64,000 bases of DNA from an uncultured delta proteobacterium (GTDB lineage: Bacteria > Myxococcota_A > Polyangia > Polyangiales > B10-G4). Shown piece by piece: positions 47,180-57,346 of this stretch (position 1 is its first letter; each line of letters opens with the position of its first letter). The stretch lies in assembly GCA_963727445.1 (NCBI GenBank), contig CAVSGI010000009.1:384001-448000 (forward strand). Reading direction: 5' to 3'. The notes under the pieces are model-generated. The model was not told the origin of the DNA. It worked only from the letters and a program-made list of their open reading frames with translations, and ran no database searches. Made by a program: the position numbers and the translations under genes.

Positions 47180-47868
47180 CGCATGCCCATGCCGCCGCCA
47201 CCGCGGCCACCGCCCATGCCGCCGCCACCATGTCCCCCGCCGTGGAACGCCATGCCCCCACCGCGGACGCGCACACCACCCATCGGGCCGGGCCCATGGA
47301 CACGCACACCGCCCATCGGGCCATGGACACGGACGCCGCCCATCGGGCCGGGCCCGTGGAGTCGAATGCCGCCCATCGGATGGGCGCCCCGAACGATCAC
47401 GCCACCCATGCCGTGGCCCATCCCCATGTAACCGAGGCGGATCTGCCCGGGCGGACCGTGGTGATCCCGATAATGGCCCTTCATGAACCCGCGGCCCGGG
47501 TGCCCCCGACGGCGATGCTCGACCTCGATCACGTCATAGAGCCGCGGCCCGCGAAAGCCGCCACGGATCTTCACGCCGATGAAGGCGCCGAAGTCCGGGA
47601 TCGGACCGTGGACCTCCACCACCGCGCGGCTGCGAACGAGCATCACCTGCACCTCGGGGGCGGGCAGGCGTGCCGTGCGGACCTCGACGATCGCGGCGCG
47701 CACCTGGGGCGCCGGCACGCCGGAGGCTCGCAGCTCGATGGCGGCGGTGGGCACGAGGATCGCGGCCGAGGCGCGTGCGCTGACGCTCAAGGTCTGCGCG
47801 GCAGCGGGCTTGGGGAGGACGAGGGCGAGCAGCGCCGCCCAGAGAGGAAGGGTCTTGGTGAGGGACAT
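47176..47868 (-). CDS. Secreted protein with Gly/His/Met-rich tandem repeats
   Basis: Signal peptide MSLTKTLPLWAALLALVLPKPAAA; repeated HG(PG)PMGGVRV; ATG 47868 after GGAG. Confidence 0.7.
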   Translation of the reverse strand: MSLTKTLPLWAALLALVLPKPAAAQTLSVSARASAAILVPTAAIELRASGVPAPQVRAAIVEVRTARLPAPEVQVMLVRSRAVVEVHGPIPDFGAFIGVKIRGGFRGPRLYDVIEVEHRRRGHPGRGFMKGHYRDHHGPPGQIRLGYMGMGHGMGGVIVRGAHPMGGIRLHGPGPMGGVRVHGPMGGVRVHGPGPMGGVRVRGGGMAFHGGGHGGGGMGGGRGGGGMGMR

Positions 47869-48079
47869 GACAGCTCCGACGTAGGAGAGCATCGCAGATT
47901 CGGTCGGGTGGTCTCCACTCTCAGCATTTCGGGGAAGATCCCGAGGACCTTCGCGCAAGAGTTGCCCAGGACCGCAAGTGCCCACCGAAGTCCTTCGGAT
48001 CCCTTGTGAAATCAGACGGAACGGGACTCGCAAGAACCAATGGCACCTACATGGTGTCCAGTCGGATGAGGAGGTGCGA

Positions 48080-50386
48080 TTGAGGATGTTCGGTGTCGAT
48101 CTTTGGAAGCTCGCTGCGGGCGTGCTCTTCGTGAGCACCGCGTCTCTGACCTATTACGTCGCCCAGGGGGACGGTGACGCCCACGCCGAGACGACGTTGC
48201 CTCGGACCGAAGACGGAGAGCACCTCGCGCTCGCGCAGGCCGACCTGATCCGGCAGATCCGTAGCGTGTCCGCGGGAACGGCGGACGAGCAGGCGCTGCT
48301 CGACGAGCTCCACGAGACCGAGAACCCGACGCGGGTCGCGCGCATCCTCGATCACCTCGGCTACGTGGGAACGGAAGCGGCGGTGGCGGACATCGCGCCG
48401 CTGATCGAGGACCGCCGCCGCGGCGTTGGCGAGGCCGCCGTCGACGCGCTCGGCCACATCGGCGGACCGTCGGCGACGGACGCGCTCATCGATGTGGTGG
48501 AGCACGGACGGATGCGCCTTCAGGGCATCGCCGCCCGCGCCCTCGCCGACGTCGAGGATCCGCGCGGCATGTCGATGCTCATGTCCCTCGCGCAGGATCG
48601 CAGCAGCCGCCTTCGCTTCGAGGCGATCGCGGCGCTCGGCGAGAGCGGGCGCCCCGAAGCGGTCGACGTGCTCATGGGGCTGACCGACGCCGACTCGCCC
48701 CGCGTGGCGAGCTCCGCCGTCAGCGCCCTCGCGGCGAGCGGCTCCCCCGAAGCCGACGAGTTCCTCGAAGGGCTCGCGCGTCACGGGCAGGGCCGACTTC
48801 GCGCCGAGGCGCTGGCGCTCCTCCCCGACACCTCCGACGGCGAGCTGATGGACCTGTTGATCCAGATGCTCGAGGCCGGCTCTGCCGACGACGCGAGCGC
48901 CGCCGCCTACGCGCTCAGTCAGTCCGACAATCCCGAGGCTCTCGCAGCGCTCCAGGGCTGCGCCTTCAGCTCGCCCTCGGGTGCACGGGAGACCTGCATT
49001 CGCTCCCTCGCCCAGTACGGCGGCGCCGAGGCCACCGCGACGCTCGAGGACCTCTTCACCACCGGCGATCAGTCGACGAAGTACTACGCGGCCGGCGGCC
49101 TCGCCGAGCTCGGCAGCCCGGCGGCGATCGACTTCTTGACCCAGCAGCTTCGCGGCGGGGATGCGAACGGGCGCCGGGCCGCGCTCTCGAGCCTGCAGAT
49201 GATCGGCGGGCCCGAGGTCGAGGCCGAGATGCTCGCGCTCCTCGACGAGACCGGCGGCAGCGACCGGATGATGGCGCTCGAGTACCTCCTTCAGACCGGC
49301 AACGAGGAGGCCTTCGCGCAGGTCGTCGAGATGACCGAGGGGGGCGGCATGCAGGCGGGCCAGGGCTTTCAGATGCTCGCTTCGCTCGGCACGCCGGAGG
49401 CGATCGAGGTGCTGAAGGACGTGGCCGAAAACGGCTCCGGCAACTCACGCCTCGAAGCCCTCCGCGCGCTCACGATGGGCCCCATCGATTCGGACACGGT
49501 GGCGCTGCTCGAGGGGTGTATCGAGGGCGGGCGGCCGGCGGAGGTGGAGGTCGCCGCGTACGCGCTGGCGCGCAGCGGCGACCGCGACTCGCGATCGATG
49601 CTCGTCGACCTCGTCCGCTCCGACAATCCGCAGGTGGTGCAGGCCGGGATCGGCGCGCTGTCCCAGATGGCGGGCCAGGACGTGGACGCCGCCCTCACCG
49701 AGGTGGCGCAATCCGGCGACCCGCAGGTGCGGAGCTACGCGCTCAGCATCCTCGGGCAGCGCTCGGGTGAAGACGCGCTCCGCGTCGTCACCGACGCCCT
49801 CGGCGACGAGGACCCGAGCGTGGCGCGCACCGCGGCGCTCACCCTCGCGCAGATGGGCAGCGACGAAGCGCGGAGCGCTCTCGCGGGCGTGGTGCGACAG
49901 GGCGATCCCGAGGTGCGCGCCTCCGCGATCGCGAGCCTGGGGATGTCGGGCTCGACGAACGAAAACGTCGATCTGCTCGTCGAGGTCAGCGGCGACCCGG
50001 AGCCGCGCGTGCGCGCCGCGGCCATGAGCACCCTCGGCTCCATCGGCAGTGACCAGGCGGTCGACGTCCTCCTCGGCGGTATGCGCGACGAGGACCCGGA
50101 GGTGCGGGCGGCGGCGATCTCCGGCCTGTCCATGTCCGCTGGGGATCGCGCCAGCGACGCGATCATCACCGCGGTCGGCAATCGCGATCCCACGGTCGCC
50201 GAGCGCGCCATCTGGGCGAGCCAGAGCCTCGGCGACGTCGCCCTCGACGCGCTCCTGAGCCGCCTCTACGACAACCGCGCGCCCGAGAACATCCGTCGGA
50301 GCTCGGCGATGGCGCTCCAGCGACTCGGCGCCCCGCTGTCGGCGCGGGATCAGTCGTTGATCGAGGAGCTGCTCTCGCCGACCTGA
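48080..50386 (+). CDS. HEAT/PBS-lyase repeat protein with N-terminal TM helix
   Basis: Numerous VRxAAxxALG repeats; GAGGAGG RBS before TTG/ATG. Confidence 0.88.
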   Translation: MRMFGVDLWKLAAGVLFVSTASLTYYVAQGDGDAHAETTLPRTEDGEHLALAQADLIRQIRSVSAGTADEQALLDELHETENPTRVARILDHLGYVGTEAAVADIAPLIEDRRRGVGEAAVDALGHIGGPSATDALIDVVEHGRMRLQGIAARALADVEDPRGMSMLMSLAQDRSSRLRFEAIAALGESGRPEAVDVLMGLTDADSPRVASSAVSALAASGSPEADEFLEGLARHGQGRLRAEALALLPDTSDGELMDLLIQMLEAGSADDASAAAYALSQSDNPEALAALQGCAFSSPSGARETCIRSLAQYGGAEATATLEDLFTTGDQSTKYYAAGGLAELGSPAAIDFLTQQLRGGDANGRRAALSSLQMIGGPEVEAEMLALLDETGGSDRMMALEYLLQTGNEEAFAQVVEMTEGGGMQAGQGFQMLASLGTPEAIEVLKDVAENGSGNSRLEALRALTMGPIDSDTVALLEGCIEGGRPAEVEVAAYALARSGDRDSRSMLVDLVRSDNPQVVQAGIGALSQMAGQDVDAALTEVAQSGDPQVRSYALSILGQRSGEDALRVVTDALGDEDPSVARTAALTLAQMGSDEARSALAGVVRQGDPEVRASAIASLGMSGSTNENVDLLVEVSGDPEPRVRAAAMSTLGSIGSDQAVDVLLGGMRDEDPEVRAAAISGLSMSAGDRASDAIITAVGNRDPTVAERAIWASQSLGDVALDALLSRLYDNRAPENIRRSSAMALQRLGAPLSARDQSLIEELLSPT

Positions 50387-51369
50387 GCTTCCGCCGCCGC
50401 GGGCAGATGGCGGTCCAGGAAGTCGAAGGTGTGGACCCAGCAGGCGCGCGCGTTCTTGCGCATGACGAAGGCGTGGAACGCGTGCACCTCGCCCACGTAG
50501 TAGCGATCTTCCGCCACCGCGCCGAGCGCGCGGTAGGCGCGGCCCAGGCGCCGGGTGTCGTCCAGGAGCGGGTCCTTGGTGCCCACCGGCAGGAACGCGG
50601 GCGGTAGTGGACGCTTCGGGATCTCACCCCGCTCGAGCCAGGGGAGGGGATCGGCGAAGTCGAGGGTGGAGCCGTGACGCGTATGATCGGCACCCAGGTA
50701 GGATTGGTTCACTTCCTCGAGGCGGTCCGCGAGGAAGCGGGGAAACTTCTCCTTGCGTCGCACGAAGCGGCCCGGGTCCGTGACTTGAAAGATCCCACAG
50801 GCCGGAAGGACCACCTTCGGAACCACGCCGGCGTCGAAGGCGCGCCGCGCGAAGGGCTCCTCGCGCTCGTAGACGGTGGACAGGGTGGCGCCGAGCGCGA
50901 GGTTCGCGCCGGCGGACTCTCCGGCGATCACCAGGCGATCGAGATCACCGCCCCAGCGCTCCGCGTGCTGGCGAACCCAATCGAAGGCCAGGGCCACGTC
51001 TTCGACGGCCGTGGGGAAGCGGTGGTCGGGCGCCAGACGGTAGCCCACGTTGAAGACCACGAAGCCGCGCCGTGCGAAGGCCAGGCCCATGATCCAGTGG
51101 GTGTCCTTGCTCAGGATGCGGAAGCCGCCCCCGTGGATGTAGAGCACCACGGGCAACAGGCCCTGGCGATCCTTGGGGCGATAGACGTCGAGGCGATGGG
51201 CGGGGTGGCTGCTCGCATCGTCATAGGAGATGTCTCGGATGACCTCGACCCCGTGGCGGTCCGGCGCGGCCAGGGGGTGGAGCTTGCCGAGGCGGGAGGC
51301 GCCGCGGAAGAAGCCGTCGACCACGGTGGCACCGGCGCGGCGACGCGCCCGATCCAGGGACGTTTTCAT
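50350..51369 (-). CDS. HSL-family esterase/lipase
   Basis: YIHGGGF, YRLAP.HRFP, GESAG, DPLLDD, HAF. Confidence 0.9.
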   Translation of the reverse strand: MKTSLDRARRRAGATVVDGFFRGASRLGKLHPLAAPDRHGVEVIRDISYDDASSHPAHRLDVYRPKDRQGLLPVVLYIHGGGFRILSKDTHWIMGLAFARRGFVVFNVGYRLAPDHRFPTAVEDVALAFDWVRQHAERWGGDLDRLVIAGESAGANLALGATLSTVYEREEPFARRAFDAGVVPKVVLPACGIFQVTDPGRFVRRKEKFPRFLADRLEEVNQSYLGADHTRHGSTLDFADPLPWLERGEIPKRPLPPAFLPVGTKDPLLDDTRRLGRAYRALGAVAEDRYYVGEVHAFHAFVMRKNARACWVHTFDFLDRHLPAAAEAQVGESSSSIND

Positions 51370-51505
51370 CTCCGCGCAGCATGTCGCCTCCGGGAGCGAG
51401 CCTCAACCAGGACGTGTGGACGTTCGGCTACATGGTCTCGGCTGGGATCTGACACGACGTGGCACAGATCCGGGGCTGAGAGCGGGTCCGAGACACCGAT
51501 CCGCG

Positions 51506-51521
51506 TGGCACGACCGCTGCA
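51506..51521 (+). promoter_or_regulatory. Sigma54 -24/-12 promoter
   Basis: TGGCACG-ACCG-CTGCA, 27 bp upstream of the lipoprotein ATG. Confidence 0.62.
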
Positions 51522-51548
51522 AAACCGCCGCGCGGGATGGTGGAAACG

Positions 51549-52571
51549 ATGATCAAACACAGTCTTTTCTTGCTCGTACTCTCGACCCTCGCGCTCGGCT
51601 GCGCCTTCCAGAGCGGCGACCGCGTCGACGGCAGCTGTCCGGCCGGCGAGGTCTGCTCGACCGCGACCGACGGCCTCGACTTCGCCGGCTCGCCGCCGGC
51701 CTCCTATCTCGGCAACATCGTGGCGACCGCCGAAGGCGGAACGCAGCGGATCCGGGTACTCGGCTGGAGCCGCGCCATGAACGCAGACGTCGACGGGCCC
51801 TCCTTCGTGGTGGACCGGATCGAGGGCAGCGACGTGATCATTCGAGGCGTGGACGCCGGCGCTTCGCGGCTCCGGATCGTCGACCCGCTCGATGGGACGC
51901 TCCTCGATCGCACCCGGCTCGAGGTCAAGCGCGTGGCGCGAATGGCCATCGTCGGCCAGTACGCGTTGGGCGCGACCGACGATCCCGCGGAGGATGTCGC
52001 TTTCTTCTCCAGCAGCCGAGCATCGGTGGTCGTGCGTCTCCTCGATCCGGTCGACGACCTCGTCGTCGACGAGGGACTCTCTCTCGAGGTCTCCACCGGC
52101 ACCGCCACACGGAGCGCGTGGGATACATTCGCCATCGAAGCACCCGCGACGGGCAGCGTGGGGATCGATCTCGCGGCTGCCGGTCTCACCGGCTCCTTCG
52201 ACATCCCGGTGGTCGATTCGATCGACGACATCGTGATGACCTCACCCGACGATGGCGCGCCGGTGCAGGTCGAGGTGGGCGAGACGCGGATGCTCTGCTT
52301 CCGCGGTCGCGCGGGCGATCTGCGCGTGATGGGCACGACCTTCGACTTCAGCGCGTCGGGCAACGCCTCCATTCCGGAGAGCGGGACGCTCACCGATTGC
52401 GCCTTCGTCCAGGGTGACGCGGTCGGCGCTGCGCAGCTGATCGCCAGCGGACCCGGTGCCACCATGACCGTGGCACTGGACGTGGTCGCGGCGCGTCCCA
52501 CCGGAGGCACCTCCGGTGGCCTCACCGGTGGCGGCGTCTCCCTCGCCCACCAGCGCGGCGAGCGCCGCTGA
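51549..52571 (+). CDS. Hypothetical beta-rich lipoprotein
   Basis: Lipobox ALGC; CPAGEVCS; Ig-like composition. Confidence 0.72.
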   Translation: MIKHSLFLLVLSTLALGCAFQSGDRVDGSCPAGEVCSTATDGLDFAGSPPASYLGNIVATAEGGTQRIRVLGWSRAMNADVDGPSFVVDRIEGSDVIIRGVDAGASRLRIVDPLDGTLLDRTRLEVKRVARMAIVGQYALGATDDPAEDVAFFSSSRASVVVRLLDPVDDLVVDEGLSLEVSTGTATRSAWDTFAIEAPATGSVGIDLAAAGLTGSFDIPVVDSIDDIVMTSPDDGAPVQVEVGETRMLCFRGRAGDLRVMGTTFDFSASGNASIPESGTLTDCAFVQGDAVGAAQLIASGPGATMTVALDVVAARPTGGTSGGLTGGGVSLAHQRGERR

Positions 52572-52678
52572 GCCGACCCCTCGCGAGATCATCCGAGGAG
52601 CGCGTCGTGGGCCGGGAGTGTATTCTCCCGGCCCGTGAACGTTTTGGCCATCGCGCCGCCAACGTCGACCAGGGTGGC

Positions 52679-54243
52679 GTGAGCGAAACGACGAAGCAGA
52701 GGGGCTCTCCCGCTCGCCGGCGGGTTCGCGATCTGATCGCCGGAGCGAGCGTGGGCGTCGTGCTGATCCCGCAGTCGATGGCCTACGCCGAGCTCGCCGG
52801 CATGCCGCCGGTGCAGGGCCTCTACGCCGCTGCGCTGCCGCCCCTCGCAGCGGCCTTCTTCGCCTCCTCGCCCTATCTGCAGACCGGCCCGACGGCGCTC
52901 ACCAGTCTGCTCACCTTCGGTGCGCTCTCGACCCTCGCCACCCCTGCGAGCCCGGAGTACGTCGCCCTCGGGGCGCTCCTCGCGCTGGTGGTGGGTGTCG
53001 TTCGCGTGGTCATCGGTCGCCTGCGCGCCGGCGCCATCGCGTACCTGATGAGCATGCCGGTGCTGCGCGGCTTCACCGCGGCGGCGGCGATGCTGATCTT
53101 CGCGTCGCAGGTCCCTGCGGTGCTCGGCATCGCGTCCAACGCCGACTCGGTCCTCGCGCGCGCGGTGGATGCATTTCGGCGCGTCTCCGAGTGGAGTCCC
53201 ACCGCCATCGCCATCTCGGGGGCGACTGTGGCGATGCTCCTCGGCGGAAGAAGATCGACCCGATCTTCCCCGGCGTTCTGGTGGCCGTTGCCGGCGGCAT
53301 CGTCTTCGTCATGACGGCCGGCTATTCGGGGCGCGTGGTCGGCGACGTCCCTTCCGCCATCTTTCCGCCGCTGTCCCTCGATCTGCCGTGGGCGACGCTT
53401 CCCTCGCTCCTGGTGTCGGGCGGGATCATCGCCCTCGTCGGTTTCGCCGAGGCGGCGAGCGTGGCGCAGACCTACGCCGAGCAGACGCGCACGGCTTGGG
53501 ATCCCGACGCCGAGTTCGTCGGCCAGGGGGCGGCGAACCTGGTCGCGGGCTTGTTCGGTGGTTTCCCGGTGGGTGGCTCTTTCGGCCGGAGCGCCCTCAA
53601 CCGACACGCCGGAGCGGTGACGCGAGCGAGCGGCGCGGTCACCGGGCTGGTTGCGCTCGCCTTCCTCCCCTTCGCCTGGCTGCTCCGCGACCTGCCGGTA
53701 GCGGTTCTCGGCGGGATCGTCATCGGCGCGGTGCTCAAGCTCCTCGATCCGCGCCCCCTGGTGGAGCTCTACGGAAAGTCCCGACCCCAGGCCGCCATCG
53801 CCTACGGGACCTTCGCCCTCACCCTGATCCTCGCCCCGCACATCGAGTACGCGGTGATCGGCGGCATCGCCCTGGCCCTGGCGATCCACGTTTGGCGCGA
53901 GACGAGCATCGAGGTCGACTCCGAGGTGGAGGGTACCGTGCTGCACCTGCGCCCGCGCGGCGTCATCTGGTTCGCTTCGTCGACCGGCTTCCGCCAGCGC
54001 ATGGCAGAGACCATCGCCGCGCACCCGGAGGTCGACACCGCCGTGATCCATCTGTCGCAACTGGGTCGGGTCGATCTCACGGGCGCCTTCATGTTGCGGG
54101 ACGTGGCCGAGGCGGCGCGCGAGGCCGGGATCGAGGTCTCCTTCGTCGGTGGCCCCAAGCGGGCGGAGACCCTCCTGGCCCGCGTGTGCGGGGACATCCC
54201 CCACGAGACGACGACGCAGCCGTCGCCAGGCGATGACGCCTGA
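52679..54243 (+). CDS. sulP: SulP family anion transporter with STAS domain (one base missing at ~53250)
   Basis: DLIAG.SVG.VLIPQSMAYA.LAG, GPT, QGAANL, GSFGRSALN, STAS VDLTG; adding one A restores 521 aa. Confidence 0.88.
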
Positions 54244-54308
54244 GCCCGCCATCTTTCGTCCTGGCCTCGGCACGCTCTATCGCCGTACAACGTCGAGGTG
54301 AGGCGACG

Positions 54309-55535
54309 ATGACCCGCACGGCGATCGTGCTCAGCGGCGGTGGCGCGCGAGGGGCCTACGAGGCTGGCCTGGTGGCGGGGATCGTCGACGTGCTGGGGCT
54401 CGGGCCAGGCGACCCGGCGCCCTTTCAGATCTTTGCCGGGACCAGCGTCGGCGCGATCAACGCGACCTATCTCGCGGCCAACACCGATCGCGGCGACATG
54501 CGTATCGAGGGGCTCCTCGATGCCTGGGTCAGCCTCTCCCTCGCCGAGCACGTGCGCTTCGATCCGCTCGGCCTCCTCGGCTGGCCGCGCAAGCTCCCGA
54601 TCCTGCGGCGCCGGCATCAACTCGACCCCGAGCACATCGGTCCGCTCTACGGCAAGAGCGTCCTCGATCCGCGTCCCCTGCACGACGTGGTGGGCGAGTC
54701 GATCGACTGGGGACGCCTTCACGAAAACACTCGTCACGGGCGCACGCACGCCCTGGTGATCGCCGCGCTCCACATCGGGAGCGGGCGGACCCACATGTTC
54801 GCTGAGCTCGCCCCCGACGCGGAGTTCGTCCCCTCGAAGGATCCCTTCAGGCGGGGCGTCGAAGAACGCATCACGCGGGATCACGTCCTCGCGTCCGCCG
54901 CCATCCCGATGATCTTTCCAGCGCGCCGCATCGGCCGCGAGTACTTCTGCGACGGAGGCTTGCGCTTCAACACGCCCCTTGCCCCTGCCATCCGCACCGG
55001 CGCAGACCGCATGGTGGTGATCCCGTTGCTCCGCGGCGTGAAGGTGCCGCCGCCTCACGAGGAACAGGAGCGACAGGAGCAGTATCCGAGCGTTGCCTTC
55101 CTCGCCGGCAAGCTCCTGGTCGCGCTCCTGCTCGACCGGATCGACTACGACCTCACGACGCTGCGCCGTTTCAACGAGCTGGTCGCGGTGCTCGAGCAGA
55201 CCATGACGCCTGAGGAGCTCGCGCGCTTTCAGGAGGTAGTGATCGAGGCGCGCGGCGCGCCCTATCGCCAGGTCGAGGTCCTGCACTTCCGCCCCACCAG
55301 CGACATCGGCCGCCTCGCGGGCCGCTTCCTCGAAGAGCGCGGCCCCGAGAGCATCGGCACTTGGCTCTCGGAGCAGGTGATCCGTCGCGCCGCGATGATG
55401 ACCCAGACCGTCGAAGCCGATCTGGTGAGCTTCCTGCTCTTCGACGGCGGCTTCGCCAGGCAGCTCATCGCGCTCGGACGTCGCGACGCCCACGCGCACG
55501 AGGAGAAGATCTGCGCGTTCTTCGGACGCGACTGA
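54309..55535 (+). CDS. Patatin-like phospholipase
   Basis: GGGARG, GTSVG, ASAAIP, DGG. Confidence 0.92.
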   Translation: MTRTAIVLSGGGARGAYEAGLVAGIVDVLGLGPGDPAPFQIFAGTSVGAINATYLAANTDRGDMRIEGLLDAWVSLSLAEHVRFDPLGLLGWPRKLPILRRRHQLDPEHIGPLYGKSVLDPRPLHDVVGESIDWGRLHENTRHGRTHALVIAALHIGSGRTHMFAELAPDAEFVPSKDPFRRGVEERITRDHVLASAAIPMIFPARRIGREYFCDGGLRFNTPLAPAIRTGADRMVVIPLLRGVKVPPPHEEQERQEQYPSVAFLAGKLLVALLLDRIDYDLTTLRRFNELVAVLEQTMTPEELARFQEVVIEARGAPYRQVEVLHFRPTSDIGRLAGRFLEERGPESIGTWLSEQVIRRAAMMTQTVEADLVSFLLFDGGFARQLIALGRRDAHAHEEKICAFFGRD

Positions 55536-55549
55536 CGGAGCTCGTGTGC

Positions 55550-57283
55550 TCAGCGCATGGAGCCGGCGACGCCTGACCAGGCGTCGATGAGGGCACGGAG
55601 CTCCGAGGGGGCTTCCGGACAGGCGTTGGAATCGACGGCGGCCGCCCGAGCCGGGAGGCGCGAGGCTCCGTGGAGCGCTGCGGCTTCGAGGTCCACCAGG
55701 ATCGCCTCGGCGCACGCCGCACCTTCGTCGCGCGGGCCAGCGTCGTCGCGGGGGCCCGGATCGTTCGCGGCGAACCGGGCGATCTCCTGCCGCGGCGGCG
55801 CGCTCCCCATGCGCACCGTGGTCATCACCGTGCGCCCCTGTCGCACCTGAACGCCTTCGACGCGTCCGATCAGCGTAGCGAGCTCGATGACATCGCGGTC
55901 GTTGCCGAGCCGCGTGGCGAGGCGCGGAAAGTCGAGGGCGAGCTCCATGGTCACGCCTTCGTCGAGCTCGGCGGCCTCGAAGCGGAAGAAAGGGCCCGCG
56001 TCGCTCTCGAGCTCCCGCAAGAGCCCGGTCTGATCCGAGAGCGCCCCCAAACCGAAGACGCGCGAGGTGAGCATGTGCAGGTAGCAGGGCGCGCCGCACT
56101 CCTCGACGCGCTCGAGGGCGGCGTCGCTGCTTCGAATGCCGCCGAGGCCGAGCGGCACGCCGGCGACCGCCTGCATCACGTCCACGTTGACTGCACTTCG
56201 GATGACGAGAGGCGCTTCGGGCGGCCCTTCCGGAGCCACCGGCGCGCCACGCCCCGCTTCGTACGCCGCCACGCCGACCTCGGTGAGCCCCTGAACGGCG
56301 GCCAGGGTGGGTCGGTTGCCGGTCATCATGCCGATCGACACGTCGTCGACCTCCGCGCCCACCGGGCTCGTGCGGAGAACCGCGCCCATCAGGTCGACCT
56401 TCGCGCGCGCCGCGTACCGGGCGCGGTCCGCGTCGTCACCTCCGACGGTCACCGCGGAGGCGACCTCGTCGGCGACGAAGAGGAGCGCGGCCGCGCGCAC
56501 TCTCGCGGGCCGGAAGTGGGCGGCCGCCACCACGGGCCCTTCGAAGATCCAGCGCAGGGCCGGGGTCACGATCACCGGCGAGCTCGGGGGCTCTGCGAGC
56601 GTGGGCGGCACGCGCCCATCGTGGATCTCGGCCACACGCACGCGCACGAGATGAGCGCCCGGCTCGAGAACCGCGACGTACCGCATGCCGCAAAGGATGC
56701 TGGTCTCGTCCTCCGGCAGCCCTTCGAGATCGGCCGGCGAATGAGCGCATCCGACGCTTTGGGCGATCTCGACGAGCGCCTGCTTCAGAGCTGCCGGATC
56801 GGTGGCGGGGATGATCAAGCGGTGCGTCACGGGCGAGACCGGGCGCTCTTCGTCCGCGCGCGCGAGGAGATCGGGAACGGAGAGCGCGGGCGATTCGAAG
56901 AGCGCGAGGACGAGGGGTCGCTGGTCGTCCCACCCTTCGAGGGCGCGCGGCAGCGTGATGTCCTCGTCCGCGCCCAGGGCCTGGAGCGCGGGCCAGAGCG
57001 CGCTCGCCGAGAGGATGGGGCGGAGCTCGGGTACGAGCGCGCCGCCCATGCGCAAGAGGTTGCCCCCGAAGGTGGTCCAATGCCCCGGGTACAAGACGAT
57101 GGTCGCCGCCGCATCGCCGCCCGCGGCTTCGAGCAGGCTTCGGTCGCTGCCCGTCATCGTCGACGTGTCGTCCTCGCTGCTCGTCGTCGTCGTGGTCGTG
57201 GACGTGGTCGTCGCGCTTCCTCCGCAGGCGGTGAGCATCGACGAGAGCGATACAGCCACGATGAAGAAGAATAGTGCGCGCAT
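55550..57283 (-). CDS. Hypothetical lipoprotein
   Basis: Lipobox LTAC, poly-Thr linker; ATG 57283 after GGAAGG. Confidence 0.7.
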   Translation of the reverse strand: MRALFFFIVAVSLSSMLTACGGSATTTSTTTTTTSSEDDTSTMTGSDRSLLEAAGGDAAATIVLYPGHWTTFGGNLLRMGGALVPELRPILSASALWPALQALGADEDITLPRALEGWDDQRPLVLALFESPALSVPDLLARADEERPVSPVTHRLIIPATDPAALKQALVEIAQSVGCAHSPADLEGLPEDETSILCGMRYVAVLEPGAHLVRVRVAEIHDGRVPPTLAEPPSSPVIVTPALRWIFEGPVVAAAHFRPARVRAAALLFVADEVASAVTVGGDDADRARYAARAKVDLMGAVLRTSPVGAEVDDVSIGMMTGNRPTLAAVQGLTEVGVAAYEAGRGAPVAPEGPPEAPLVIRSAVNVDVMQAVAGVPLGLGGIRSSDAALERVEECGAPCYLHMLTSRVFGLGALSDQTGLLRELESDAGPFFRFEAAELDEGVTMELALDFPRLATRLGNDRDVIELATLIGRVEGVQVRQGRTVMTTVRMGSAPPRQEIARFAANDPGPRDDAGPRDEGAACAEAILVDLEAAALHGASRLPARAAAVDSNACPEAPSELRALIDAWSGVAGSMR

Positions 57284-57346
57284 CACCGGAGCTTCCTTCC
57301 ATGCTCGTTCGCGCGTCAACCCAGTGAGGGGTATCCTCGGCGCGAC

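Noticed and set aside
47270..47400. Tandem nucleotide repeats (CCCATCGGGCC...) as a CRISPR-like array
   Set aside because: In-frame coding repeats of the HGPGPMGGVRV peptide; no unique spacers or cas genes.
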